A DNA stretch of 7,771 nucleotides. Origin: a virus (taxonomy: Duplodnaviria > Heunggongvirae > Uroviricota > Caudoviricetes). A model generated the notes under the pieces. It had not been told where the DNA came from. It did no database searches and worked only from the letters and a program-made list of their open reading frames with translations. Numbering within the stretch: position 1 is the stretch's first letter; each line of letters begins with the position of its first letter. The position numbers were made by a program, and so were the translations under genes. Location of the stretch: IMG/VR virus record IMGVR_UViG_2740892422_000009, positions 1-7,771 of that record; one strand, written 5' to 3'. Positions 1-6,460 of this stretch are shown here, piece after piece.

Positions 1-201
1 TTACCCATTGGCGCGGCTTAAGAGCTTATTTTTGAATTCACAATGGTCACGATATAACCATCTTGCTCGTCCGTGGATAACTTTGGCTTTAGGCAGGTCG
101 CCGGACTTAATCCGGTCATAGATGAAGGTCTTACCGAAGCCAGTATCAGCCATGATGAATTTCAAATCAACCAGTGAATCAGGCTGTAGTTCGTGTTGCA
201 T
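1..201 (-). CDS. AlpA-family helix-turn-helix protein, putative excisionase or prophage regulator (66 aa)
   Basis: Complete ORF: ATG at 199-201, TAA at 1-3 (minus strand). GGAG lies 7 nt upstream of the ATG. The protein (…IMADTGFGKTFIYDRIKSGDLPKAKVIHGRARWLYRDHCEF…) fits the AlpA / small excisionase pattern as I recall it (TG.s..tiY......g.fP.p.k.g.r...W...e...w). Position at the distal end of the pL operon matches where lambdoid phages carry xis. Confidence 0.6.
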   Translation of the reverse strand: MQHELQPDSLVDLKFIMADTGFGKTFIYDRIKSGDLPKAKVIHGRARWLYRDHCEFKNKLLSRANG

Positions 202-246
202 GAGTGCTATCTCCGGATAGGGAATCGAACCTGCAAATCAGGCAAT

Positions 247-266
247 AAAAAACCGCCATCAGGCGG
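247..266 (-). terminator. Intrinsic terminator-like hairpin between the 142-aa ORF and the excisionase-like gene
   Basis: Plus strand reads aaaaaa-CCGCC-atca-GGCGG. On the minus strand this is a 5-bp GC stem, 4-nt loop, followed by a run of six U. Confidence 0.45.
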
Positions 267-438
267 ATTGGTGTTCTTTCAGTTCTTCAATTCGAATATT
301 GGTTACGTCTGCATGCGCTATCTGCGCCCATATCATCCAGTGGTTATAGCAGTCGTTGATGTTCTCTGCTTCGATAACCCTGTTGAATGGCTCTCATTCC
401 ATTCACCTGTGACTCGGAAGTGCATTTATCATCTCCAT

Positions 439-463
439 AAAACAAAACTCGCCGTAGCGAGTT
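439..463 (-). terminator. Intrinsic terminator-like hairpin downstream of the 142-aa ORF
   Basis: Plus strand 446-463 is AACTCGC-cgta-GCGAGTT (7-bp stem, 4-nt loop). On the minus strand it is followed by UUUUGUUUU (complement of plus 439-447). It lies about 45 nt after the ORF stop at 509. Confidence 0.5.
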
Positions 464-508
464 CAGATATAATTTCCACCAAAGGCAGTAGTTGCTTGAT
501 GCTAAGAA

Positions 509-937
509 TTATTCAATATCTATTCCTGTAATATCTTTTATCTTTTTCCTTGCAAAGCCTTTTGCTAGTGATTTTGAAACACTCATAAGTGTACTAATTC
601 CCTCATCCTTAAAGTTTGTTTTTATAGCTTGCCAGACATCCTTTTGACGTAAGTCAGCAATAAAATCATGCCCTCTTGCTGTCAACCTCAGTGGTACTTC
701 GATCCAACTATATCCAACACCTTCCCCTAACGCTTTGGACATTATATGACCGAACCCAGGTTTTCCATCAACCCTGACTATTAATTCGTAGTCACATAAT
801 AATCGCATATGGAAAATAAAATCTTGGTCATATCTATTAAAGCCATTATCCTCTAGTTCACTAAGCATCGTGTCAGGGCCACGAGTTTTTTCGAATGCGA
901 TAAGTAGATCTTTTAGATATTGCTGGTCTAATTTCAT
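509..937 (-). CDS. Hypothetical protein, A+T-rich accessory (moron-like) gene (142 aa)
   Basis: ATG at 935-937 is preceded by GGAGG with a 5-nt spacer. The ORF is visibly A+T-rich compared with the exo/bet core. The protein has no motif I can assign; the N-terminal MKLDQQYLKDLLIAFEK loosely recalls small DUF-type prophage proteins, but that is not verified. Confidence 0.6.
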   Translation of the reverse strand: MKLDQQYLKDLLIAFEKTRGPDTMLSELEDNGFNRYDQDFIFHMRLLCDYELIVRVDGKPGFGHIMSKALGEGVGYSWIEVPLRLTARGHDFIADLRQKDVWQAIKTNFKDEGISTLMSVSKSLAKGFARKKIKDITGIDIE

Positions 938-947
938 TGCCGCCTCC

Positions 948-959
948 GTGACATGTCAC
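948..959. promoter_or_regulatory. Perfect 12-bp palindrome GTGACATGTCAC directly 5' of the 142-aa ORF ribosome-binding site
   Basis: Plus 948-959 equals its own reverse complement. It sits in the 28-bp gap between the 112-aa and 142-aa ORFs and abuts the GGAGG Shine-Dalgarno. It could be an operator or an mRNA hairpin. About two perfect 12-bp palindromes are expected by chance in a window this size, so support is weak. Confidence 0.25.
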
Positions 960-965
960 AGAGAT

Positions 966-1304
966 TTATATCATTAATTTTGTTTCGTGCCAGCCTTTGG
1001 TCACCCAGCATTGTGAGTCACCATTACACGGGCATGAATTAACAGGAACTCTCTCGCCGCACTTACCGCAACGTTTTCTGCTGATCGATTTTATACGCCA
1101 GCGCACACGTGCATCATCCTGGCGGCTCAGTAACGCGATGTACTCACCAAACTCGCAAGGCGCACGCCTGAAACGACGCGTGGCACAGTTACGCTCCAGC
1201 ATTTCAATTTCCTGAGCATCAAGTACAAGCTCCAGCTTACGCATACCGGATGATGCTTGCTTGGCTCTCTGATCGGCTTTGTGCTCTGTTGCTGATTTAG
1301 CCAT
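966..1304 (-). CDS. Hypothetical protein with C-terminal Cys-rich putative zinc-ribbon motif (112 aa)
   Basis: ATG at 1302-1304 is preceded by AGGAAAAGCAGA. The C-terminus carries C-x2-C-x8-C-x-C-x5-C (…RCGKCGERVPVNSCPCNGDSQC…), preceded by an Arg-rich helical region, suggesting a small zinc-binding nucleic-acid-binding protein. No family assigned. Confidence 0.5.
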   Translation of the reverse strand: MAKSATEHKADQRAKQASSGMRKLELVLDAQEIEMLERNCATRRFRRAPCEFGEYIALLSRQDDARVRWRIKSISRKRCGKCGERVPVNSCPCNGDSQCWVTKGWHETKLMI

Positions 1305-1345
1305 TCTGCTTTTCCTGCATCAGGAGAAAGACAATCATGGCGGCG

Positions 1346-1447
1346 CGGATACTTCCGGTATCTTTTTACGCGATATTCTCCTTCAATGGCACATACAAGA
1401 AGAGAGCCATCAACAGGAGTGATTGAGGAATCGACAACCAGCAACGC
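1346..1447 (-). pseudogene. Remnant of the C-terminal part of an S24-peptidase (UmuD / LexA / cI-like) gene
   Basis: The minus-strand frame directly after an in-frame TAA (1448-1450) reads ALLVVDSSITPVDGSLLVCAIEGEYRVKRYRKYP. This resembles the recalled UmuD segment [34 protein letters not shown]. There is no ATG (the six-frame track starts it at a TTG), no catalytic Ser/Lys region upstream, and the similarity stops after about 34 codons. Confidence 0.35.
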
Positions 1448-1497
1448 TTAATTATCTATAGTGTCGTATTTGCTTCATAAAATATGGCGAATAACAC

Positions 1498-1532
1498 AAA
1501 GCCCGCAGCAGCTCATTGTGCGGGCTTTTCTT
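1498..1532. terminator. Intrinsic terminator hairpin, possibly bidirectional, downstream of the secreted-protein gene
   Basis: AAAGCCCGCA (1498-1507) pairs with TGCGGGCTTT (1519-1528), giving a stem of 7 GC-rich bp plus A:T extensions. UUUUCUU follows on the plus strand and UUUGUGUUAUU on the minus strand. It lies about 70 nt beyond the stop of the 204-aa ORF. Confidence 0.55.
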
Positions 1533-1597
1533 ATACCTACTTCCTAGAGATAATTCTATGGAGGCATTAAATCAATACTGTCATTGGTAATATCATA

Positions 1598-2212
1598 TTA
1601 TCTAAAAGTCTTTCCACTTTTAACATCTAGGTATATTCTGTTCGACAACGTCATTCCTCCGCAATATGTGAAATAGATGTTTTCACCCTTATTGCTTGAT
1701 GCCATCCACCCTCCGATTTCCTTAAAATCGCTTTCCGTGCAGACCCCTTCATTTATTAACTTCCTAGCTGCCGAAGAAAACTCTTTTTTGTATATACGGT
1801 AGTCATCAGATCCTTTGATTAAAGTATCATCTCCGCTCGCATTTTCAGCAGGATCTGATGGCCTTTCACTGCTAAGATCACTAAGTTTAACCCATTCTGA
1901 AAACTTGCCATTAACGATTCCATTTTTTCTTGTGCAGGATTTATTACCTTCTTTAATATATTCGCTTTCCCCTCCAACACATGAGGCTGAATATGGCTCA
2001 GTTATACGAACCCATTCACCTTTTTTTTCTAGAAAATCTACGCCTTCCCTGAAAAATAGTTTCCCAGCCACTCCACATTTACTTGAAGGGCAGGTATGTC
2101 TTTCCGTTCGATCAACAACAACCCATAGTTTTGATTCATTTTTTGCCATTGCCGATGGTATTTGAGATGAGACAATTAACGTAAGCCCTAAAATTAGTAT
2201 TGATTTTTTCAT
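1598..2212 (-). CDS. Secreted or periplasmic hypothetical protein with Sec signal peptide (204 aa)
   Basis: ATG at 2210-2212 is preceded by AAGGAAAT. The N-terminus MKKSILILGLTLIVSSQIPSAMA|KNE has a basic n-region, a hydrophobic core and an AxA signal-peptidase-I site; there is no lipobox Cys. The mature part has several Cys and two W-containing segments that might be SH3-like repeats (speculative). Moderately A+T-rich. Confidence 0.65.
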   Translation of the reverse strand: MKKSILILGLTLIVSSQIPSAMAKNESKLWVVVDRTERHTCPSSKCGVAGKLFFREGVDFLEKKGEWVRITEPYSASCVGGESEYIKEGNKSCTRKNGIVNGKFSEWVKLSDLSSERPSDPAENASGDDTLIKGSDDYRIYKKEFSSAARKLINEGVCTESDFKEIGGWMASSNKGENIYFTYCGGMTLSNRIYLDVKSGKTFR

Positions 2213-2351
2213 TGTAATTTCCTTTTACTTTTTACAAAGCGTTTAATCATGGCTGATTATCTCTAAGCGTAGTAACAGCCTTGTGCGAAACATGTTACCA
2301 AATCGCCATTTCAGTGTATCCGCAGTTAGGCTGCCACTTCAAGGATTCCTA

Positions 2352-2510
2352 ATTACATGGTACGTAAGCGTAAAATCCCGTTGGTTGGCGGGTAATAACT
2401 CTGATCAAATCTCCCTTGTCTTTTGCTCTTACGTATGCAGCTCTTGTGTATTCAACCCAGGCCTCCAGTTCAGCAATACGCTTACTTCCATCCGAGATAA
2501 CACCTTCTAC
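2352..2510 (-). pseudogene. 52 open codons in frame with, and directly downstream of, the 83-aa ORF past its TGA stop
   Basis: After the TGA at 2511-2513 the same minus-strand frame continues VEGVISDGSKRIAELEAWVEYTRAAYVRAKDKGDLIRSYYPPTNGILRLRTM and ends at TAA 2352-2354. The composition looks protein-like. This suggests a nonsense-interrupted gene of about 136 codons (2352..2762), or a sequencing error. Confidence 0.3.
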
Positions 2511-2762
2511 TCACGCTGCTCGTTGAGTTTTGATTTTTGCTGTCTCCAGCTCAACACGCAGTTTCCCCACCGTTAGCGCAATATCCTCGTTCTCCTGGTC
2601 GCGGCGTTTGATGTATTGCTGGTTTCTTTCCCGTTCATCCAGCAGTGTCAGCACAATCGATGGTGTTACCAGCTCATGGAAAAGGTCCGCGTCAAATCCC
2701 CAGTTGTCATGCATTGCCTGCTCTGCCGCTTCACGCAGTGCCTGAGAGTGAATTACGCTCAC
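2511..2762 (-). CDS. Hypothetical phage protein, 83 aa as called; possibly the N-terminal part of a TGA-interrupted Ea22-like gene
   Basis: ATG at 2760-2762 overlaps the stop of the upstream TraR-like gene (ATGA). The protein MSVIHSQALREAAEQAMHDNWGFDADLF… is acidic and helical. My impression that it resembles N-termini of Ead/Ea22-like prophage proteins is unverified. Confidence 0.55.
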   Translation of the reverse strand: MSVIHSQALREAAEQAMHDNWGFDADLFHELVTPSIVLTLLDERERNQQYIKRRDQENEDIALTVGKLRVELETAKIKTQRAA

Positions 2763-2980
2763 TTCGAACCTCTCTGTTTACTGATAAGCTCCAGATCTTC
2801 CTGGCAACTTGCACAAGTCCGACAACCCTGAACGGCCAGGCGTCTTCGCTTATCTATGGGATCGCCACACTCACAACAATGAGTGGCAGATATAGCCTGG
2901 TGGTTCAGGCGGCGCATTTTTATTGCTGTGTTGCGCTGTAATTCTTCAATTTCTGATGCTGAATCAATGAGGTCTGCCAT
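2759..2980 (-). CDS. TraR/DksA-family C4-type zinc-finger protein (73 aa)
   Basis: 73 aa with C-x2-C-x17-C-x2-C (…CCECGDPIDKRRRLAVQGCRTCASCQ…). Length and Cys spacing match the F-plasmid TraR / phage TraR-like family, which binds the RNA polymerase secondary channel. ATG at 2978-2980. Confidence 0.75.
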   Translation of the reverse strand: MADLIDSASEIEELQRNTAIKMRRLNHQAISATHCCECGDPIDKRRRLAVQGCRTCASCQEDLELISKQRGSK

Positions 2981-3035
2981 CTTCCATTAATCCCTGAATT
3001 GTTGGTTAATACGCTTGAGGGTGAATGCGAATAAT

Positions 3036-3056
3036 AAAAAAGGAGCCTGTAGCTCC
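3036..3056 (-). terminator. Weak intrinsic terminator-like hairpin between the 71-aa ORF and the TraR-like gene
   Basis: Plus strand aaaaaa-GGAGC-ctgta-GCTCC. On the minus strand this is a 5-bp GC stem followed by UUUUUUAUUAUU. Confidence 0.35.
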
Positions 3057-3078
3057 CTGATGATTTTGCTTTTCATGT

Positions 3079-3294
3079 TCACCGTTCCTTAAAGACGCCG
3101 TTTAACATACCGATTGCCAGACTTAAGTGAGTCGGTGTGAATCCCATCAGCGTTACCGTTTCGCGGTGCTTCTTCAGTACGCTACGGCAAATGTCATCGA
3201 CGTTTTTATCCGGAAACTGCTGTCTGGCTTTTTTGATTTCAGAATTAGCCTGACGGGCAATACTGCGAAGGGCGTTTTCTTGCTGAGGTGTCAT
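3079..3294 (-). CDS. Hypothetical small phage protein (71 aa from ATG 3292-3294; the upstream in-frame ATG at 3358-3360 would give 93 aa)
   Basis: The ORF occupies the position of lambda orf61 but is longer and does not overlap orf63 as lambda orf61 does. The first 22 codons of the 93-aa version are Cys/His-rich with no Shine-Dalgarno, so the internal ATG (MTPQQENALRSIARQ…) is favoured, though its RBS is weak (GGGA). Confidence 0.45.
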   Translation of the reverse strand: MTPQQENALRSIARQANSEIKKARQQFPDKNVDDICRSVLKKHRETVTLMGFTPTHLSLAIGMLNGVFKER

Positions 3295-3370
3295 TGAACA
3301 AGTCCCATGTCGGCAAGCATAAGCACACAGAATATGAAGCCCGCTGCCAGAAAAATGCATTCAGTGGTTG

Positions 3371-3562
3371 TCATACCTGGTCTCTCTCATCTGCTTCTGC
3401 TTTCGCCACCATCATTTCCAGCTTTTGTGAAAGGGATGCGGCTAACGTATGAAATTCTTCGTCTGTTTCTACTGGTATTGGCACAAACCTGACTCCAATT
3501 TGAGCGAGGCTATGTGCCATCTCAATGCTCGTTCTTAACTCAACAGGAGATGCTTTGTGCAT
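3371..3562 (-). CDS. Lambda orf63-like small protein (63 aa)
   Basis: 192-nt ORF immediately distal to orf60a, overlapping it by 28 nt out of frame. This is the same length and overlap geometry I recall for lambda orf63. GGGGAG lies upstream of the ATG at 3560-3562. Confidence 0.6.
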   Translation of the reverse strand: MHKASPVELRTSIEMAHSLAQIGVRFVPIPVETDEEFHTLAASLSQKLEMMVAKAEADERDQV

Positions 3563-3717
3563 ACAGCTCCCCGTTTATTATTTATCTCCTCAGCCAGCCG
3601 CTGTGCTTTCAGGGGATTTCGGGTAACAGAAAGGCCGGGAAATACCCAGCCTCGCTTTGTAACGGAGTAGACGAAAGTGATCGCGCCTACCCGGATATTA
3701 TCGTGAGGATGCTTCAT
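3535..3717 (-). CDS. Lambda orf60a-like small protein (60 aa)
   Basis: ATG at 3715-3717 overlaps the exo stop (TGA 3714-3716) as ATGA. The 183-nt length matches lambda orf60a as recalled. The six-frame track begins two codons earlier, at ATG 3721-3723. Confidence 0.55.
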   Translation of the reverse strand: MKHPHDNIRVGAITFVYSVTKRGWVFPGLSVTRNPLKAQRLAEEINNKRGAVCTKHLLLS

Positions 3718-4394
3718 CGCCATTGCTTCCCAAATACAAAACCAATTTCAGCCAGTGCCTCGTCCATTTTTTCGATGAACTCCGGCACCATCTCGTCAAA
3801 ACTCGCCATGTACTTTTCATCCCGCTCAACCACGACATAATGCAGTCCTTCACGCTTCATCCGCGGGTCATAGTTGGCAAAGTACCAGGCATCTTTTCGT
3901 GTCACCCACATGCTGTACTGCACCTGGGCCATGTAAGCCGACTTTATGGCCTCGAAACCACCGAGCCGGAACTTCATGAAATCCCGGGAGGTAAACGGGC
4001 ATTTCAGCTCAAGGCCATTGCCGTCACTGCATAAACCATCGGGAGAGCAGGCGGTACGCATACTTTCGTCGCGATAGATGATCGGGGATTCAATAACATT
4101 CACGCCGGAAGTGAACTCAAACAGGGTTCTGGCGTCGTTCTCGTACTGTTTTCCCCATGCCAGCGCCTTAGCATTAACTTCCGGAGCCACACCGGTGCAA
4201 ACCTCAGCCAGCAGGGTGTGGAAGTAGGACATTTTCATGTCAGGCCACTTCTTTCCTGAGCGGGGCTTTGCTATCACGTTGTGAACTTCTGAAGCGGTGA
4301 TGACGCCGAGCCGTAATTTGTGCCATGCATCATCCCCTTGTTCGACAGCTCTCACGTCGATCCCGGTACGCTGCAGGATAATGTCCGGTGTCAT
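3714..4394 (-). CDS. exo: Lambda exonuclease (Red-alpha), 5'->3' dsDNA exonuclease (226 aa)
   Basis: The translation [37 protein letters not shown]… matches phage lambda Exo as I recall it over its full 226 aa. Its start overlaps the bet stop (ATGA at 4391-4394), as in lambda. Confidence 0.96.
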   Translation of the reverse strand: MTPDIILQRTGIDVRAVEQGDDAWHKLRLGVITASEVHNVIAKPRSGKKWPDMKMSYFHTLLAEVCTGVAPEVNAKALAWGKQYENDARTLFEFTSGVNVIESPIIYRDESMRTACSPDGLCSDGNGLELKCPFTSRDFMKFRLGGFEAIKSAYMAQVQYSMWVTRKDAWYFANYDPRMKREGLHYVVVERDEKYMASFDEMVPEFIEKMDEALAEIGFVFGKQWR

Positions 4395-5176
4395 GCTGCC
4401 ACCTTCTGCTCAGTGGCTTTCTGTTTCAGGAATCCAAGAGCTTTCACTGCTTCGGCCTGTGTCAGTTCTGACGATGCGCGAATGTCGCGGCGAAATATCT
4501 GGGAACAGAGCGGCAATAAGTCGTCATCCCATGTTTTATCCAGGGCGATCAGCAGAGTGTTAATCTCCTGCATGGTTTCATCGTTAACCGGAGTGATGTC
4601 GCGTTCCGGCTGACGTTCTGCAGTGTATGCAGTATTTTCGACAATGCGCTCGGCTTCATCCTTGTCATAGATACCAGCAAATCCGAAGGCCAGACGGGCA
4701 CACTGAATCATGGCTTTATGCCGTAACATCCGTTTGGGATGCGACTGCCACGGGCCGGTGATTTCTCTGCCTTCGCGGGTTTTGAATGGTTCGCGTCGGC
4801 ATTCGTCCATCCACTCGGTAACGCAGATCGGATGATTACGGTCCTTGCGGTAAATCCGGCATGTACAGGATTCATTGTCCTGCTCAAAGTCCATGCCATC
4901 AAACTGCTGGTTTTCATTGATGATGCGGGACCAGCCATCAACGCCCACCACCGGAACGATGCCGTTCTGCTTATCAGGGAAGGCGTAAATTTCTTTCGTC
5001 CACGGATTAAGGCCGTACTGGTTGGCAACGATCAGTAATGCGATGAACTGCGCATCGCTGGCATCACCTTTAAATGCCGTCTGGCGAAGAGTGGTGATCA
5101 GTTCCTGTGGGTCGACAGAATCCATGCCGACACGTTCAGCCAGCTTCCCAGCCAGCGTTGCGAGTGCTGTACTCAT
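4391..5176 (-). CDS. bet: Red-beta (Bet) single-strand annealing recombinase (261 aa)
   Basis: The translation [66 protein letters not shown]… matches lambda Bet as recalled, at the same 261-aa length, positioned between gam and exo. Confidence 0.96.
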   Translation of the reverse strand: MSTALATLAGKLAERVGMDSVDPQELITTLRQTAFKGDASDAQFIALLIVANQYGLNPWTKEIYAFPDKQNGIVPVVGVDGWSRIINENQQFDGMDFEQDNESCTCRIYRKDRNHPICVTEWMDECRREPFKTREGREITGPWQSHPKRMLRHKAMIQCARLAFGFAGIYDKDEAERIVENTAYTAERQPERDITPVNDETMQEINTLLIALDKTWDDDLLPLCSQIFRRDIRASSELTQAEAVKALGFLKQKATEQKVAA

Positions 5177-5181
5177 CCGTT

Positions 5182-5598
5182 TTATACCTCTGAATCAATA
5201 TCAACCTGGTGGTGAGCAATGGTTTCAACCATGTACCGGATGTGTTCTGCCATGCGCTCCTGAAACTCAACATCGTCATCAAACGCACGGGTAATGGCTT
5301 TTTTGCTGGCCCCGTGGCGTTGTAAATGATCGATGCAGAGTGATTCAAACAGGTGCTGGGGCAGACCTTTTTCCATGTCGTCTGCCAGTTCTGCCTCTTT
5401 CTCTTCACGGACGATCTGCTGGTAGTGACGCGCCCAGCTCTGAGCCTCAAGACGATCCTGAATGTAATAAGCGTTCATGGCTGAACTCCTGAAATAGCTG
5501 TGAAAATATCGCCCGCGAAATGCCAGGCTGATTAGGAAAACAGGAAAGGGGGTTAGTGAATGATTTTGCTTGATCTCAGTTTCAGCATTAATATCCAT
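5182..5598 (-). CDS. gam: Gam, RecBCD inhibitor (138-aa long form; the internal Met of …[10 protein letters not shown]… would give the 98-aa GamS form)
   Basis: The translation [24 protein letters not shown]…HQVDIDSEV matches lambda Gam as recalled, with a few substitutions. It lies 5 nt upstream of bet. Confidence 0.94.
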   Translation of the reverse strand: MDINAETEIKQNHSLTPFPVFLISLAFRGRYFHSYFRSSAMNAYYIQDRLEAQSWARHYQQIVREEKEAELADDMEKGLPQHLFESLCIDHLQRHGASKKAITRAFDDDVEFQERMAEHIRYMVETIAHHQVDIDSEV

Positions 5599-5696
5599 TT
5601 TTTATAAGCGTCGACGGCTTCACGAAACATCTTTTCATCGCCAATAAAAGTGGCGATAGTGAATTTAGTCTGGATAGCCATAAGTGTTTGATCCAT
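5553..5696 (-). CDS. kil: Kil, host cell-division (FtsZ) inhibitor (47 aa)
   Basis: ATG at 5694-5696 gives [47 protein letters not shown], matching lambda Kil as recalled. AGGAG lies upstream. The track ORF (89 aa from ATG 5820-5822) is an upstream in-frame extension that runs through cIII and is rejected. The 3' end overlaps the gam start. Confidence 0.75.
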   Translation of the reverse strand: MDQTLMAIQTKFTIATFIGDEKMFREAVDAYKKWILMLKLRSSKIIH

Positions 5697-5829
5697 TTTT
5701 TGGGACTCCTGGCTGATTAAGTATGTCGATAAGGCGTTTCCATCCGTCACGTAATTTACGGGTGATTCGTTCAAGTAAAGATTCGGAAGGGCAGCCAGCA
5801 ACAGGCCACCCTGCAATGGCATATTGCAT
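5665..5829 (-). CDS. cIII: cIII, inhibitor of FtsH-mediated cII degradation (54 aa)
   Basis: Not in the track because it is under 60 aa. Manual translation from ATG 5827-5829 gives [54 protein letters not shown] with TAA at 5665-5667, matching lambda cIII as recalled. AAGGAG lies 6 nt upstream. It overlaps kil by 32 nt in another frame, as in lambda. Confidence 0.88.
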   Translation of the reverse strand: MQYAIAGWPVAGCPSESLLERITRKLRDGWKRLIDILNQPGVPKNGSNTYGYPD

Positions 5830-5855
5830 GGTGTGCTCCTTATTTATACATAACG

Positions 5856-5878
5856 AAAAACGCCTCGAGTGAAGCGTT
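5856..5878 (-). terminator. Intrinsic terminator-like hairpin between ea10 and cIII (tL2-like position)
   Basis: Plus strand aaaaa-CGCCTC-gagt-GAAGCG-tt is an imperfect 8-bp stem with one mismatch. On the minus strand it is followed by UUUUUCGUUAUG, immediately upstream of the cIII Shine-Dalgarno. Confidence 0.4.
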
Positions 5879-5901
5879 ATTGGTATGCGGTAACGCCGCG
5901 C

Positions 5902-6270
5902 TCAGGCGGCTTTGATAGTCATATCATCTGAATCAAATATTCCTGATGTATCGATATCGGTAATTCTTATTCCTTCGCTACCATCCATTGGAGGCCATCC
6001 TTCCTGACCATTTCCATCATTCCAGTCGAACTCGCACACAACACCATATGCATTTAAGTCGCTTGAAATTGCTATAAGCAGAGCATGTTGCGCCAGCATG
6101 ATTAATACAGCATTTAATACAGAGCCGTGTTTATTGAGTCGGTATTCAGAGTCTGACCAGAAATTATTAATCTGGTGAAGTTTTTCCTCTGTCATTACGT
6201 CATGGTCGATTTCAATTTCTATTGATGCTTTCCAGTCGTAATCAATGATGTATTTTTTGATGTTTGACAT
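5902..6270 (-). CDS. ea10: Ea10-like protein (lambda ea10/ssb homolog, 122 aa)
   Basis: The translation MSNIKKYIIDYDWKASIEIEIDHDVMTEEKLHQINNFWSDSEY… matches the lambda Ea10 sequence as I recall it, at the same 122-aa length, and the gene sits directly promoter-proximal to cIII as ea10 does in lambda. GAGGA lies upstream of the ATG at 6268-6270. Confidence 0.8.
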   Translation of the reverse strand: MSNIKKYIIDYDWKASIEIEIDHDVMTEEKLHQINNFWSDSEYRLNKHGSVLNAVLIMLAQHALLIAISSDLNAYGVVCEFDWNDGNGQEGWPPMDGSEGIRITDIDTSGIFDSDDMTIKAA

Positions 6271-6378
6271 CTATTCATATCCTCATAGATAAAAAATCGC
6301 CTTCACACTGGAGGGCAAAGAAGATTTCCAATAATCAGAACAAGTCGACTCCTGTTTAGTTACGAGCGACATTGCTCC

Positions 6379-6406
6379 GTGTATTCACTCGTTGGAATGA
6401 ATACAC
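6379..6406. repeat. Inverted repeat GTGTATTCA-(10 nt)-TGAATACAC in the leader between the novel ORF and ea10
   Basis: Plus 6379-6387 is the exact reverse complement of 6398-6406 (9-bp arms). An adjacent direct repeat cagtg-cagtg lies at 6407-6416. It could be an RNA stem-loop in the pL transcript or a protein-binding site. Confidence 0.45.
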
Positions 6407-6442
6407 AGTGCAGTGTTTATTCTGTTGTTTGCGTGAAAATGA

Positions 6443-6460
6443 AACCCGCCTGAGCGGGTT
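6443..6460 (-). terminator. Intrinsic terminator-like hairpin overlapping the stop codon of the novel ORF (tL1-like position)
   Basis: Plus strand AACCCGC-ctga-GCGGGTT is a 7-bp stem with a 4-nt loop. On the minus strand it is followed by UCAUUUUCAC. The TAA stop (6459-6461) of the 289/293-aa ORF lies inside the stem. Confidence 0.5.

Noticed and set aside
212-240. tRNA-like T-loop motif (GGTTCGATTCC on the minus strand), a possible tRNA gene or att-site fragment
   Set aside because: The flanking sequence cannot form a T-stem (only 2-3 bp), and there is no acceptor stem or anticodon arm. It is most likely coincidental.
193-531. Plus-strand 112-aa ORF across the xis-proximal intergenic region; representative of all plus-strand ORFs in the track (997..1215, 1815..2165, 2283..2576, 2530..2745, 2616..2831, 2645..2941, 3307..3492, 3514..3840, 3723..4034, 4297..4563, 4320..4613, 4739..5038, 5022..5294, 6883..7116, 7238..7525, 7431..7613)
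   Set aside because: All lie antisense to well-supported minus-strand genes or cross terminator hairpins. They have odd compositions (Cys/Ser/Leu-rich) and no convincing ribosome-binding sites. The whole window is a single leftward operon, so these are shadow ORFs.
1127-1444. Minus-strand 105-aa ORF overlapping the 112-aa gene out of frame
   Set aside because: It begins at a TTG, not an ATG. Only its first 34 codons or so look protein-like (the UmuD-like remnant). The rest overlaps a better-supported gene in another frame.
2213-2351. Possible sigma70 promoter for the secreted-protein gene (TTGAAG / GATAAT-like hexamers on the minus strand)
   Set aside because: The candidate -35 and -10 hexamers do not sit at a proper 16-18-bp spacing in any combination I could find, so no promoter is called. 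The region is also partly covered by the open frame downstream of the TGA-interrupted gene.
4708-5450. Alternative-frame minus-strand ORFs inside bet (4708..5028) and gam (5136..5450)
   Set aside because: They are fully contained within bet and gam, whose reading frames are unambiguous. These are chance open frames in GC-rich coding sequence.
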